Positions 17,001 through 33,289 of a DNA stretch of 64,000 nt are shown here, piece after piece. The translations under genes were made by a program, and so were the position numbers. Position 1 is the stretch's first letter; every line of letters begins with the position of its first letter. The notes beneath the pieces were generated by a model, which saw nothing but the letters and a program-made list of their open reading frames with translations, searched no databases and was not told the origin of the DNA. The DNA is from Eledone cirrhosa (lineage: Eukaryota), in NCBI GenBank assembly GCA_964016885.1, contig OZ024740.1, positions 438,278,001 through 438,342,000 of the forward strand, given 5' to 3'.

Positions 17001-18300
17001 GAACATAACTTTTTAGAACACACCTTTATAGAACATATCTTTATAGAACAGACCTTTATAGAACATACCTTTATATTACACAACTTTATAGTACACACCT
17101 TTAGCGTACATACCTTAATAGAACAGACCTTTATAGAACATATCTTTAGAGAAGATAACTTTATAGAATAGACCTTTATAGAACACACCTTTATAGAACA
17201 GAACTTTATAGAACATACCTTTATAGAATATACCTTTATAGAACAGACCTTTATAGAACATACCTTTATAGAACATACCTTTATAGAACATACCTTTATA
17301 GAACATACCTTTATAGAACATACCTTTATAGAACAGACCTTTATAGAACATACCTTTATAGAAAATATCTTTATAGAACATACCTTTATAGAACACACCT
17401 TTATAGAACATACCTTTATAGAACATACCTCAATATAACATACCTTAATAGAACACACCTTTATAGAACACACCCTTATAGAACATACCTTTATAGAATA
17501 TACCTTTATAGAATATACCTTTATATTACACAACTTTATAGTACACACCTTTAGCGTACATACCTTAATAGAACAGACCTTTGTAGAACATACCTTTATA
17601 GAACATACCTTTATAGTACATACCTTTATAGTACATACCTTAATAGAACATACCTTTATAGAACATAGCTTTATAGAACACACCTTAATAGAACACACCT
17701 TTATAGAACATAGCTTAATAGAACATACCTTTATAGAACAGACCTTTATAGAACACACCTTTATAGAACATACCTTTATAGAACATACCTTTATAGAATA
17801 GACCTTTGTAGAATAGACCTTTATAAAACATACCTTTATAGAACATACCTTTATTGAACATACCTTTATAGAACACACCTTTATAGAACATACCTTTATA
17901 GAACATACCTTTATAGAATAGACCTTTATAGAACATACCTTTTTAGAACACACCTTTATAGAACATATCTTCATAGAACAGACCTTTATAGAACATACCT
18001 TTATAGAACATACCTTTATAGAACACACCTTTATAGAACAGACCTTTATAGAACATACCTTTATAGAACTCACCTTTATAGAACAGACCTTTATAGAACA
18101 TACCTTCATAGAACATACCTTAATAGAAGAGACCTTTATAGAACATATCTTTAGAGAAGATAACTTTATAGAATAGACCTTGATAGAACACACCTTTATA
18201 GAATACAGCTTTATAGAACAGACCTTTATAGAACACACCTTTATAGAACATACCTTTATAGAACACACCTTTATAGTACTACCTTAAAAGAACATACCTT
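5070..18300. repeat. Imperfect higher-order repeat, period about 3.75-4.05 kb (about 250-270 monomers), roughly 3.5 copies
   Basis: The +1 variant AACCCGGCC recurs at about 8609, 12472 and 16282 (spacings 3863 and 3810). Near-identical ORF-track translations end at 6032/10068/13946 and 6542/10578/14456 (offsets 4036 and 3878). Confidence 0.8.
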
Positions 18301-21300
18301 TATAGAACACACCTTTATAGTACATACATTAATAGAACATACCTTAATAGAACATATCTTTATAGAACATACCTTTATTATTATTATCTTTATAGAACAC
18401 ACCTTTATAGAATACACCTTTATAGAACATACCTTTATAGAACACACCTTTATAGAACAGACCTTTATAGAACATACATTTATAGAACACACCTTTATAG
18501 AACATACCTTTATAGAACATACCTTTATAGAATATACCTTTATAGAACAGACCTTTATAGAACATACCTTTATAGAACACACCTTAATAGAACATGCCTT
18601 TATAGAACAGGCCTTTATAGAACATACCTTTATAATACATACCTTTATAGTACATACCTTAATAGAACATGTCTTTATAGAAAATACCTTTATAGAACAG
18701 ACCTTTATAGAACATACCTTTATAGAAAATACCTTTATAGAAAATACCTTTATAGAACATACCTTTATAGAACATACCTTTATAGAACATACCTTTATAG
18801 AAAACACCTTAATAAAACATACCTTTATAGAACATACCTTTATAGAACATACCTTTATAAAACATACCTTTATAGAACATACCTTTATAGAATATACCTT
18901 CATAGAATATACCTTTATAGAACAGACCTTTATAGAACATACCTTTATAGAATATACCTTTATAGAATATACCTTTATAGAACATACCTTTAGAGAACAT
19001 ACCTTTATAGAACATACCTTTATAGAACATACCTTTATAGAACACACCTTAAAAGAACATACCTTTATAGAACATACCTTTATAGAACATACCTTTATAG
19101 AACATACCTTTATAGAACATACCTTTATAGAATATACCTTTACAGAATATACCTTTAACGAACAGACCTTTATAGAACATACCTTTATAGAACATACCTT
19201 TATAGAACATACCTTTATAGAACATACCTTTATAGAACAGACCTTTATAGAACATACCTTTATACAAAATAACTTTATAGAACATACCTTTATAGAACAC
19301 ACCTTTATAGAACATACCTTTATAGAACAAACCTTTATAGAACACACCTTAATAGAACATACCTTTATAGAACATACCTTTATAGAATAGACCTTTATAG
19401 AACATAACTTTTTAGAACACACCTTTATAGAACATATCTTTATAGAACAGACCTTTATAGAACACACCTTTATATTACACAACTTTATAGTACACACCTT
19501 TAGCGTACATACCTTAATAGAACAGACCTTTATAGAAAATATCTTTAGAGAAGATGACTTTATAGAATAGACCTTTATAGAACACACCTTTATAGAATAC
19601 AGCTTTATAGAACAGACCTTTATAGAACACACCTTTATAGAACATACCTTTATAGAACACACCTTTATAGTACATACCTTAAAAGAACATACCTTTATAG
19701 AACACACCTTTATAGTACATACATTAATAGAACATACCTTAATAGAACATACCTTTATAGAACATACCTTTATTATTATTACCTTTATATAACACACCTT
19801 TATAGAATACACCTTTATAGAACATACCTTTATTGAACACACCTTTATAGAACAGACCTTTATAGAACATACCTTTATAGAACACACCTTTATAGAACAG
19901 ACCTTTATAGAACATACCTTTATAGAATATACCTTTATAGAACAGACCTTTATAGAACATACCTTTATAGAACATACCTTTATAGAACATACCTTTATAC
20001 AACATACCTTTATAGAACATACCTTTATAGAACAGACCTTTATAGAACATACCTTTATAGAAAATATCTTTATAGAACATACCTTTATAGAACACACCTT
20101 TATAGAACATACCTTTATAGAACATACCTCAATATAACATACCTTAATAGAACACACCTTTATAGAACACACCCTTATAGAACATACCTTTATAGAATAT
20201 ACCTTTATAGAATATACCTTTATATTACACAACTTTATAGTACACACCTTTAGCGTACATACCTTAATAGAACAGACCTTTGTAGAACATACCTTTATAG
20301 AACATATCTTTATAGTACATACCTTTATAGTACATACCTTAATAGAACATACCTTTATAGAACATAGCTTTATAGAACACACCTTAATAGAACACACCTT
20401 TATAGAACATAGCTTAATAGAACATACCTTTATAGAACAGACCTTTATAGAACACACCTTTATAGAACATACCTTTATAGAACATACCTTTATAGAATAG
20501 ACCTTTATAGAATAGACCTTTATAAAACATACCTTTATAGAACATACCTTTATAGAACATACCTTTATAAAACACACCTTTATAGAACATACCTTTATAG
20601 AACATACCTTTATAGAATAGACCTTTATAGAACATACCTTTTTAGAACACACCTTTATAGAACATATCTTCATAGAACAGACCTTTATAGAACATACCTT
20701 TATAGAACATACCTTTATAGAACACACCTTTATAGAACAGACCTTTATAGAACATACCTTTATAGAACTCACCTTTATAGAACAGACCTTTATAGAACAT
20801 ACCTTCATAGAACATACCTTAATAGAAGAGACCTTTATAGAACATATCTTTAGAGAAGATAACTTTATAGAATAGACCTTGATAGAACACACCTTTATAG
20901 AATACAGCTTTATAGAACAGACCTTTATAGAACACACCTTTATAGAACATACCTTTATAGAACACACCTTTATAGTACATACCTTAAAAGAACATACCTT
21001 TATAGAACACACCTTTATAGTACATACATTAATAGAACATACCTTAATAGAACATATCTTTATAGAACATACCTTTATTATTATTACCTTTATAGAACAC
21101 ACCTTTATAGAATACACCTTTATAGAACATACCTTTATAGAACACACCTTTATAGAACAGACCCTTATAGAACATACATTTATAGAACACACCTTTATAG
21201 AACAGACCTTTATAGAACATACCTTTATAGAATATACCTTTATAGAACAGACCTTTATAGAACATACTTTTATAGAACACACCTTAATAGAACAGGCCTT

Positions 21301-24300
21301 TATAGAACAGGCCTTTATAGAACATACCTTTATAGAACATACCTTTATAGAACATACCTTTATAGAACATACCTTTATAGAACAGACCTTTATAGAACAT
21401 ACCTTTATAGAAAATAACTTTATAGAACATACCTTTATAGAACACACCTTTATAGAACATACCTTTATAGAACATACCTCAATATAACATACCTTAATAG
21501 AACACACTTTTATAGAACACACCTTTATAGACATACCTTTATAGAATATACCTTTATAGAATATACCTTTATATTACACAACTTTATAGTACACACCTTT
21601 AGCGTACATACCTTAATAGAACACACCTTTATAGAACATACCTTTATAGAACATACCTTTATAGTACATACCTTTATAGTACATACCTTAATAGAACATA
21701 CCTTTATAGAACATAGCTTTATAGAACACACCTTAATAGAACACCCCTTTATAGAACATAGCTTAATAGAACATACCTTTATAGAACAGACCTTTATAGA
21801 ACATACCTTTATAGAACATAGCTTTATAGTACAAACATTTATAATACATACCTTTATAGTACATACCTTTATAGAACACACCTTTATGGAACATACCTTT
21901 ATAGTTATTACCTTTATAGAACACACCTTTATAGAACAGACTTTTATAGTTATTACCTTTATGGAACACAGCTTTATAGAACATAACTTCATAGAACATA
22001 CCTTTATAGAACAGACCTTTATAGAACATACTTTAATAGAACATGCCTTTATAGAACAGACCTTTATAGAACACACCTTTATCGAACATACCTTTATAGA
22101 ACATACCTTTATAGAACATACCTTTATAGAACATACCTTTATAGAACATACCTTTATAGAACAGACCTTTATAGAACATACCTTCATAGAACACACCTTT
22201 ATAGAACACACCTTTATAGAACATACCTTCATAGAACATACCTTTATAGAACATAACTTTATAGAACATACCTTTATAGAACAGACCTTTATAGAACATA
22301 CCTTTATAGAACACACCTTTATAGAACAGACCTTTATAGAACATACCTTTATAGAACACACCTTTATAGAACAGACCTTTATAGAACATACCTTTATAGA
22401 ATATACCATTATAGAACAGACATTTAGAGAACATACCTTTATAGAACATACCTTTATAGAACCCGGCCTTTATAGAAAAGACCTTTATAGAACACACCTT
22501 TATAGAACAGAACTTTATAGAACATACCTTCATAGAACACACCTTTATAGAACATACCTTTATAGAATATACCATTATAGAACAGGCCTTTATAGAACAC
22601 ACCTTTATAGAACATACCTTTATAGAACACACCTTTATAGAACAGACCTTTATAGAACATACCTTTATAGAACACACCTTTATAGAACAGACCTGTATAG
22701 AACATACCTTCATAGAACATATCTTTATAGAACATACCTTTATAGAACACACCTTTATAGAACATACCTTTATAGAACATACCTTTATAGAACCTATCTT
22801 TATAGAATAGACCTTTATAGAACATACCTTTATAGTACATAACTTTATAGTACATACCTTAATAGAACATACCTTTATAGAACACACCTTTATAAAACAT
22901 ACCTTTATACAACACACCTTTATAGAACATACCTTTATAGAACATACCTTTATAGAACATACCTTTATAGAACACACCTTTATAGAACATACATTTATAG
23001 AAAAGCCCTTTATAGAACACACCTTTATAATACATACCTTTATAGAACATAACTTTATAGAATATACCTTTATAAAACATACCTTTATAGAACATACCTT
23101 TATAGAACAAACCTTTATAGAACACACCTTAATAGAACATACCTTTATAGAACATACCTTTATAGAATAGACCTTTATAGAACATAACTTTTTAGAACAC
23201 ACCTTTATAGAACATATCTTTATAGAACAGACCTTTATAGAACATACCTTTATATTACACAACTTTATAGTACACACCTTTAGCGTACATACCTTAATAG
23301 AACAGACCTTTATAGAACATATCTTTAGAGAAGATAACTTTATAGAATAGACCTTTATAGAACACACCTTTATAGAACAGAACTTTATAGAACATACCTT
23401 TATAGAATATACCTTTATAGAACAGACCTTTATAGAACATACCTTTATAGAACATACCTTTATAGAACATACCTTTATAGAACATACCTTTATAGAACAT
23501 ACCTTTATAGAACAGACCTTTATAGAACATACCTTTATAGAAAATATCTTTATAGAACATACCTTTATAGAACACACCTTTATAGAACATACCTTTATAG
23601 AACATACCTCAATATAACATACCTTAATAGAACACACCTTTATAGAACACACCCTTATAGAACATACCTTTATAGAATATACCTTTATAGAATATACCTT
23701 TATATTACACAACTTTATAGTACACACCTTTAGCGTACATACCTTAATAGAACAGACCTTTGTAGAACATACCTTTATAGAACATACCTTTATAGTACAT
23801 ACCTTTATAGTACATACCTTAATAGAACATACCTTTATAGAACATAGCTTTATAGAACACACCTTAATAGAACACACCTTTATAGAACATAGCTTAATAG
23901 AACATACCTTTATAGAACAGACCTTTATAGAACACACCTTTATAGAACATACCTTTATAGAACATACCTTTATAGAATAGACCTTTGTAGAATAGACCTT
24001 TATAAAACATACCTTTATAGAACATACCTTTATTGAACATACCTTTATAGAACACACCTTTATAGAACATACCTTTATAGAACATACCTTTATAGAATAG
24101 ACCTTTATAGAACATACCTTTTTAGAACACACCTTTATAGAACATATCTTCATAGAACAGACCTTTATAGAACATACCTTTATAGAACATACCTTTATAG
24201 AACACACCTTTATAGAACAGACCTTTATAGAACATACCTTTATAGAACTCACCTTTATAGAACAGACCTTTATAGAACATACCTTCATAGAACATACCTT

Positions 24301-25508
24301 AATAGAAGAGACCTTTATAGAACATATCTTTAGAGAAGATAACTTTATAGAATAGACCTTGATAGAACACACCTTTATAGAATACAGCTTTATAGAACAG
24401 ACCTTTATAGAACACACCTTTATAGAACATACCTTTATAGAACACACCTTTATAGTACTACCTTAAAAGAACATACCTTTATAGAACACACCTTTATAGT
24501 ACATACATTAATAGAACATACCTTAATAGAACATATCTTTATAGAACATACCTTTATTATTATTATCTTTATAGAACACACCTTTATAGAATACACCTTT
24601 ATAGAACATACCTTTATAGAACACACCTTTATAGAACAGACCTTTATAGAACATACATTTATAGAACACACCTTTATAGAACATACCTTTATAGAACATA
24701 CCTTTATAGAATATACCTTTATAGAACAGACCTTTATAGAACATACCTTTATAGAACACACCTTAATAGAACATGCCTTTATAGAACAGGCCTTTATAGA
24801 ACATACCTTTATAATACATACCTTTATAGTACATACCTTAATAGAACATGTCTTTATAGAAAATACCTTTATAGAACAGACCTTTATAGAACATACCTTT
24901 ATAGAAAATACCTTTATAGAAAATACCTTTATAGAACATACCTTTATAGAACATACCTTTATAGAACATACCTTTATAGAAAACACCTTAATAAAACATA
25001 CCTTTATAGAACATACCTTTATAGAACATACCTTTATAAAACATACCTTTATAGAACATACCTTTATAGAATATACCTTCATAGAATATACCTTTATAGA
25101 ACAGACCTTTATAGAACATACCTTTATAGAATATACCTTTATAGAATATACCTTTATAGAACATACCTTTAGAGAACATACCTTTATAGAACATACCTTT
25201 ATAGAACATACCTTTATAGAACACACCTTAAAAGAACATACCTTTATAGAACATACCTTTATAGAACATACCTTTATAGAACATACCTTTATAGAACATA
25301 CCTTTATAGAATATACCTTTACAGAATATACCTTTAACGAACAGACCTTTATAGAACATACCTTTATAGAACATACCTTTATAGAACATACCTTTATAGA
25401 ACATACCTTTATAGAACAGACCTTTATAGAACATACCTTTATACAAAATAACTTTATAGAACATACCTTTATAGAACACACCTTTATAGAACATACCTTT
25501 ATAGAACA
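13122..25508. repeat. Near-identical tandem duplication, period 6179 bp (412 monomers minus 1 bp)
   Basis: There is a constant 6179 offset between matching ORFs (13560/19739, 14235/20414, 14700/20879, 15854/22033, 18344/24523, 19049/25228). Indels are shared at 15352/21531, 16283/22462 and 18278/24457. Confidence 0.95.
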
Positions 25509-28500
25509 TACCTCAATATAACATACCTTAATAGAACACACCTTTATAGAACACACCTTTATAGAACATACCTTTATAGAATATACCTTTATAGAATATA
25601 CCTTTATATTACACAACTTTATAGTACACACCTTTAGCGTACATACCTTAATAGAACACACCTTTATAGAACATACCTTTATAGAACATACCTTTATAGT
25701 ACATACCTTTATAGTACACACCTTAATAGAACATATCTTTATAGAACATAGCTTTATAGAACACACCTTAATAGAACACACCTTTATAGAACATAGCTTA
25801 ATAGGACATACCTTTATAGAACAGACCTTTATAGAACATACCTTTATAGAACATAGCTTTATAGTACAAACCTTTATAATACATACCTTTATAGTACATA
25901 CCTTTATAGAACATACCTTTATTGAACAGACCTTTATAGAACATACCTTTATAGAACATACCTTTATAGAATATACCTTTATAGAATATACCTTTATAGA
26001 ACAGACCTTTATAGAATATACCTTTATAGAATATACCTTTATAGAACAGACCTTTATAGAACATACCTTTATAGAATATACCTTTATAGAATATACCTTT
26101 ACAGAACATACCTTTAGAGAACATACCTTTATAGAACATACCTTTATAGAACATAGCTTTATAGTACAAACCTTTATAATACATACCTTTATAGTACATA
26201 CCTTTATAGAACATACCTTTATTGAACAGACCTTTATAGAACATACCTTTATAGAACATACCTTTATAGAATATACCTTTATAGAATATACCTTTATAGA
26301 ACACACCTTAAAAGAACATACCTTTATAGAACATACCTTTACAGAATAGACCTTTATAGAACATACCTTTATAGAACATACCTTTATAGAACATACCTTT
26401 ATAGAACACACCTTTATAGAATAGACCTTTATAGAACATACCTCTATAGAACATACCTTTATAGAATAGACATTTATAGAACATACCTTTATAGAACATA
26501 CCTTTATAGAATAGACCTTTATAGAACATACCTTTATAGAACACACCTGTATAATACATAACTTTGTAGAACACACCTTTATAGAACATACCTTTATAGA
26601 ACATACCTTTATAGAACACACCTTTATAGAATACACCTTAATATAACATACCTTAATAGAACACACCTTTATAGAACTTATCTTTATAGTACATACCTTT
26701 ATAGAACACACTTTTATAGAACATACCATTATAGAATATACCTTTATAGAATGTACCCTTATAGAACACATCTTTATAGTACATACCTTAAAAGAACATA
26801 CCTTTATAGAACACACCTTTATAGTACATACATTAATAGAACATTCCTTAATAGAACATACCTTTATAGAACATACCTTTATAGAACATACCTTTATTAT
26901 TATTACCTTTATAGAACACACCTTTTTAGAATACACCTTTATAGAACATACCTTTATAGGACACGCCTTTATAGAACAGACCTTTATACAACATACCTTT
27001 ATAGAACATACCTTTATAGAACATACCTTTATAGAAAACACCTTAATAGAATATACCTTTATAGAAAATACCTTTATAGAACAGACCTTTATAGAACATA
27101 CCTTTATAGAAAATACCTTTATAGAAAATACCTTTATAGAACATACCTTTATAGAACATACCTTTATAGAACATACCTTTATAGAAAACACCTTAATAAA
27201 ACATACCTTTATAGAACATACCTTTATAGAACATACCTTTATAAAACATACCTTTATAGAACATACCTTTATAGAATATACCTTCATAGAATATACCTTT
27301 ATAGAACAGACCTTTATAGAACATACCTTTATAGAATATACCTTTATAGAATATACCTTTATAGAACATACCTTTAGAGAACATACCTTTATAGAACATA
27401 CCTTTATAGAACATACCTTTATAGAACACACCTTAAAAGAACATACCTTTATAGAACATACCTTTATAGAACATACCTTTATAGAACATACCTTTATAGA
27501 ACATACCTTTATAGAATATACCTTTACAGAATATACCTTTAACGAACAGACCTTTATAGAACATACCTTTATAGAACATACCTTTATAGAACATACCTTT
27601 ATAGAACATACCTTTATAGAACAGACCTTTATAGAACATACCTTTATACAAAATAACTTTATAGAACATACCTTTATAGAACACACCTTTATAGAACATA
27701 CCTTTATAGAACATACCTCAATATAACATACCTTAATAGAACACACCTTTATAGAACACACCTTTATAGAACATACCTTTATAGAATATACCTTTATAGA
27801 ATATACCTTTATATTACACAACTTTATAGTACACACCTTTAGCGTACATACCTTAATAGAACACACCTTTATAGAACATACCTTTATAGAACATACCTTT
27901 ATAGTACATACCTTTATAGTACACACCTTAATAGAACATATCTTTATAGAACATAGCTTTATAGAACACACCTTAATAGAACACACCTTTATAGAACATA
28001 GCTTAATAGGACATACCTTTATAGAACAGACCTTTATAGAACATACCTTTATAGAACATAGCTTTATAGTACAAACCTTTATAATACATACCTTTATAGT
28101 ACATACCTTTATAGAACATACCTTTATTGAACAGACCTTTATAGAACATACCTTTATAGAACATACCTTTATAGAATATACCTTTATAGAATATACCTTT
28201 ATAGAACAGACCTTTATAGAATATACCTTTATAGAATATACCTTTATAGAACAGACCTTTATAGAACATACCTTTATAGAATATACCTTTATAGAATATA
28301 CCTTTACAGAACATACCTTTAGAGAACATACCTTTATAGAACATACCTTTATAGAACATAGCTTTATAGTACAAACCTTTATAATACATACCTTTATAGT
28401 ACATACCTTTATAGAACATACCTTTATTGAACAGACCTTTATAGAACATACCTTTATAGAACATACCTTTATAGAATATACCTTTATAGAATATACCTTT

Positions 28501-29270
28501 ATAGAACACACCTTAAAAGAACATACCTTTATAGAACATACCTTTACAGAATAGACCTTTATAGAACATACCTTTATAGAACATACCTTTATAGAACATA
28601 CCTTTATAGAACACACCTTTATAGAATAGACCTTTATAGAACATACCTCTATAGAACATACCTTTATAGAATAGACATTTATAGAACATACCTTTATAGA
28701 ACATACCTTTATAGAATAGACCTTTATAGAACATACCTTTATAGAACACACCTGTATAATACATAACTTTGTAGAACACACCTTTATAGAACATACCTTT
28801 ATAGAACATACCTTTATAGAACACACCTTTATAGAATACACCTTAATATAACATACCTTAATAGAACACACCTTTATAGAACTTATCTTTATAGTACATA
28901 CCTTTATAGAACACACTTTTATAGAACATACCATTATAGAATATACCTTTATAGAATGTACCCTTATAGAACACATCTTTATAGTACATACCTTAAAAGA
29001 ACATACCTTTATAGAACACACCTTTATAGTACATACATTAATAGAACATTCCTTAATAGAACATACCTTTATAGAACATACCTTTATAGAACATACCTTT
29101 ATTATTATTACCTTTATAGAACACACCTTTTTAGAATACACCTTTATAGAACATACCTTTATAGGACACGCCTTTATAGAACAGACCTTTATACAACATA
29201 CCTTTATAGAACATACCTTTATAGAACATACCTTTATAGAAAACACCTTAATAGAATATACCTTTATAGA
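24853..29270. repeat. Near-identical tandem duplication, period 2205 bp (147 monomers)
   Basis: Matching translations at offset 2205: 24988/27193, 25228/27433, 25798/28003, 26308/28513, 26751/28956. Confidence 0.93.
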
Positions 29271-29799
29271 ATATACCTTTATAGAACATACCTTTAGAGA
29301 ACATACCTTTATAGATCATACCTTTATAGAACATACCTTTATAGAACACACCTTAATAGAACATACCTTTATAGAACATACCTTTATAGAACATACCTTT
29401 ATAGAACATACCTTTATAGAACATACCTTTATAGAATATACCTTTATAGAATATACCTTTAACGAACAGACCTTTATAGAACATACCTTTATAGAACATA
29501 CCTTTATAGAATATACCTTTATAGAACATAACTTTATAGAACAGACCTTTATAGAACATACCTTTATAGAAAATAACTTTATAGAACATACCTTTATAGA
29601 ACACACCTTTATAGAACATACCTTTATAGAACATACCTCAATATAACATACCTTAATAGAACACACCTTTATAGAACACACCTTTATAGAACATACCTTT
29701 ATAGAATATACCTTTATAGAATATACCTTTATATTACACAACTTTATAGTACACACCTTTAGCGTACATACCTTAATAGAACAGACCTTTATAGAACAT

Positions 29800-32456
29800 A
29801 CCTTTATAGAACATACCTTTATAGAACATACCTTTATAGTACAAACCTTTATAATACATACCTTAATAGTACATACCTTTATAGAACATACCTTTATTGG
29901 ACAGACCTTTATAGAATATACCTTTATAGAACATCCCTTTATAGAACATACCTTTATAGAATAGACCTTTATAGAACATACCTTTATAGAACATACCTTT
30001 ATAGAACATACCTTCATAGAACACACCTTTATAGAATAGACCTTTATAGAACATACCTCTATAGAACATACCTTTATAGAATAGACCTTTATAGAACATA
30101 CCTTTATAGAACATACCTTTATAGAATAGACCTTTATAGAACAGACCTTTATAGAACACACCTGTATAATACATAACTTTATAGAACACACCTTTATAGA
30201 ACATACCTTTATAGAACATACCTTTATAGAACACACCTTTATAGAATACACCTTAATATAACATACCTTAATAGAACACACCTTTATAGAACTTATCTTT
30301 ATAGTACATACCTTTATAGAACACACCTTTATAGAACATACCTTTATAGAATATACCTTTATAGAATGTACCCTTATAGAACACATCTTTATAGTACATA
30401 CCTTAAAAGAACATACCTTTATAGAACATACCTTTATAGAATATACCTTTATAGAATATACCTTTATAGAATATACCTTTATAGAACATACCTTTATAGG
30501 ACACGCCTTTATAGAACAGACCTTTATAGAACATACCTTTATAGAACACACATTTATAGAACATACCTTTACAGAATATACCTTTATAGAACAGACCTAA
30601 ATAGAACATACCTTTATAGAACATACCTTTATAGAACATAACTTTATAGAACAGACCTTTATAGAACATACCTTTTTAGAACACACCTTTATAGAACATA
30701 TCTTTATAGAACAGACCTTTATAGAACATACCTTTATAGAACATACCTCAATATAACATTACTTAATAGAACACACCTTTATAGAACACACCCTTATAGA
30801 ACATACCTTTATAGAATATACCTTTATAGAATATACCTTTATATTACACAACTTTATAGTACACACCTTTAGCGTACATACCTTAATAGAACAGACCTTT
30901 GTAGAACATACCTTTATAGAACATACCTTTATAGTACATACCTTTATAGAATAGACCTTTATAGAACATACCTTTATAGAACATACCTTTATAGAACATA
31001 CCTTTATAGAACATACCTTTATAGAACACACCTTTATAGAATAGACCTTTATAGAACATACCTCTATAGAACATACCTTTATGGAATAGACCTTTATAGA
31101 ACATACCTTTATAGAACACACCTTTATAGAACATACCTTTATAGAACATACCTTTATAGTACAAACCTTTATAATACATACCTTAATAGTACATACCTTT
31201 ATAGAACATACCTTTATTGGACAGACCTTTATAGAATATACCTTTATAGAACATCCCTTTATAGAACATACCTTTATAGAATAGACCTTTATAGAACATA
31301 CCTTTATAGAACATACCTTTATAGAACATACCTTCATAGAACACACCTTTATAGAATAGACCTTTATAGAACATACCTCTATAGAACATACCTTTATAGA
31401 ATAGACCTTTATAGAACATACCTTTATAGAACATACCTTTATAGAATAGACCTTTATAGAACAGACCTTTATAGAACACACCTGTATAATACATAACTTT
31501 ATAGAACACACCTTTATAGAACATACCTTTATAGAACATACCTTTATAGAACACACCTTTATAGAATACACCTTAATATAACATACCTTAATAGAACACA
31601 CCTTTATAGAACTTATCTTTATAGTACATACCTTTATAGAACACACCTTTATAGAACATACCTTTATAGAATATACCTTTATAGAATGTACCCTTATAGA
31701 ACACATCTTTATAGTACATACCTTAAAAGAACATACCTTTATAGAACATACCTTTATAGAATATACCTTTATAGAATATACCTTTATAGAATATACCTTT
31801 ATAGAACATACCTTTATAGGACACGCCTTTATAGAACAGACCTTTATAGAACATACCTTTATAGAACACACATTTATAGAACATACCTTTACAGAATATA
31901 CCTTTATAGAACAGACCTAAATAGAACATACCTTTATAGAACATACCTTTATAGAACATAACTTTATAGAACAGACCTTTATAGAACATACCTTTTTAGA
32001 ACACACCTTTATAGAACATATCTTTATAGAACAGACCTTTATAGAACATACCTTTATAGAACATACCTCAATATAACATTACTTAATAGAACACACCTTT
32101 ATAGAACACACCCTTATAGAACATACCTTTATAGAATATACCTTTATAGAATATACCTTTATATTACACAACTTTATAGTACACACCTTTAGCGTACATA
32201 CCTTAATAGAACAGACCTTTGTAGAACATACCTTTATAGAACATACCTTTATAGTACATACCTTTATAGAATAGACCTTTATAGAACATACCTTTATAGA
32301 ACATACCTTTATAGAACATACCTTTATAGAACATACCTTTATAGAACACACCTTTATAGAATAGACCTTTATAGAACATACCTCTATAGAACATACCTTT
32401 ATGGAATAGACCTTTATAGAACATACCTTTATAGAACACACCTTTATAGAACATAC
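29800..32456. repeat. Near-identical tandem duplication, period 1320 bp (88 monomers)
   Basis: Offset 1320 at 29863/31183, 30366/31686 and 30403/31723. The private variants TATTGGACAG and ACATTACTTAA are present in both copies. Confidence 0.93.
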
Positions 32457-33289
32457 ATTTATAGAAAAGCCCTTTATAGAACACACCTTTATAATACATA
32501 CCTTTATAGAACACACCTTTATAGAACATTCCTTTATAGAACATAACTTTATAGAATAGACCTTTATAAAACATACCTTTATAGAACATACCTTTATAGA
32601 ACAAACCTTTATAGAACACACCTTAATAGAACATACCTTTATAGAACATACCTTTACAGAATAGACCTTTATAGAACATACCTTTTTAGAACACACCTTT
32701 ATAGAACAGACCTTTATAGAACATACCTTTATAGAATATACCTTTATAGAACAGACCTTTATAGAACATACCTTTATAGAACATACCTTTATAGAACATA
32801 CCTTTATAGAACATACCTTTATAGAACATACCTTTATAGAACAGACCTTTATAGAACATACCTTTATAGAAAATATCTTTATAGAACATACCTTTATAGA
32901 ACACACCTTTATAGAACATACCTTTATAGAACATACCTCAATATAACATACCTTAATAGAACACACCTTTATAGAACACACCCTTATAGAACATACCTTT
33001 ATAGAATATACCTTTATAGAATATACCTTTATATTACACAACTTTATAGTACACACCTTTAGCGTAAATACCTTAATAGAACAGACCTTTGTAGAACATA
33101 CCTTTATAGAACATACCTTTATAGTACATACCTTTATAGTACATACCTTAATAGAACATACCTTTATAGAACATAGCTTTATAGAACACACCTTAATAGA
33201 ACACATCTTTATAGAACATAGCTTAATAGAACATACCTTTATAGAACAGACCTTTATAGAACATAACTTTATGGAACATACCTTTATAG

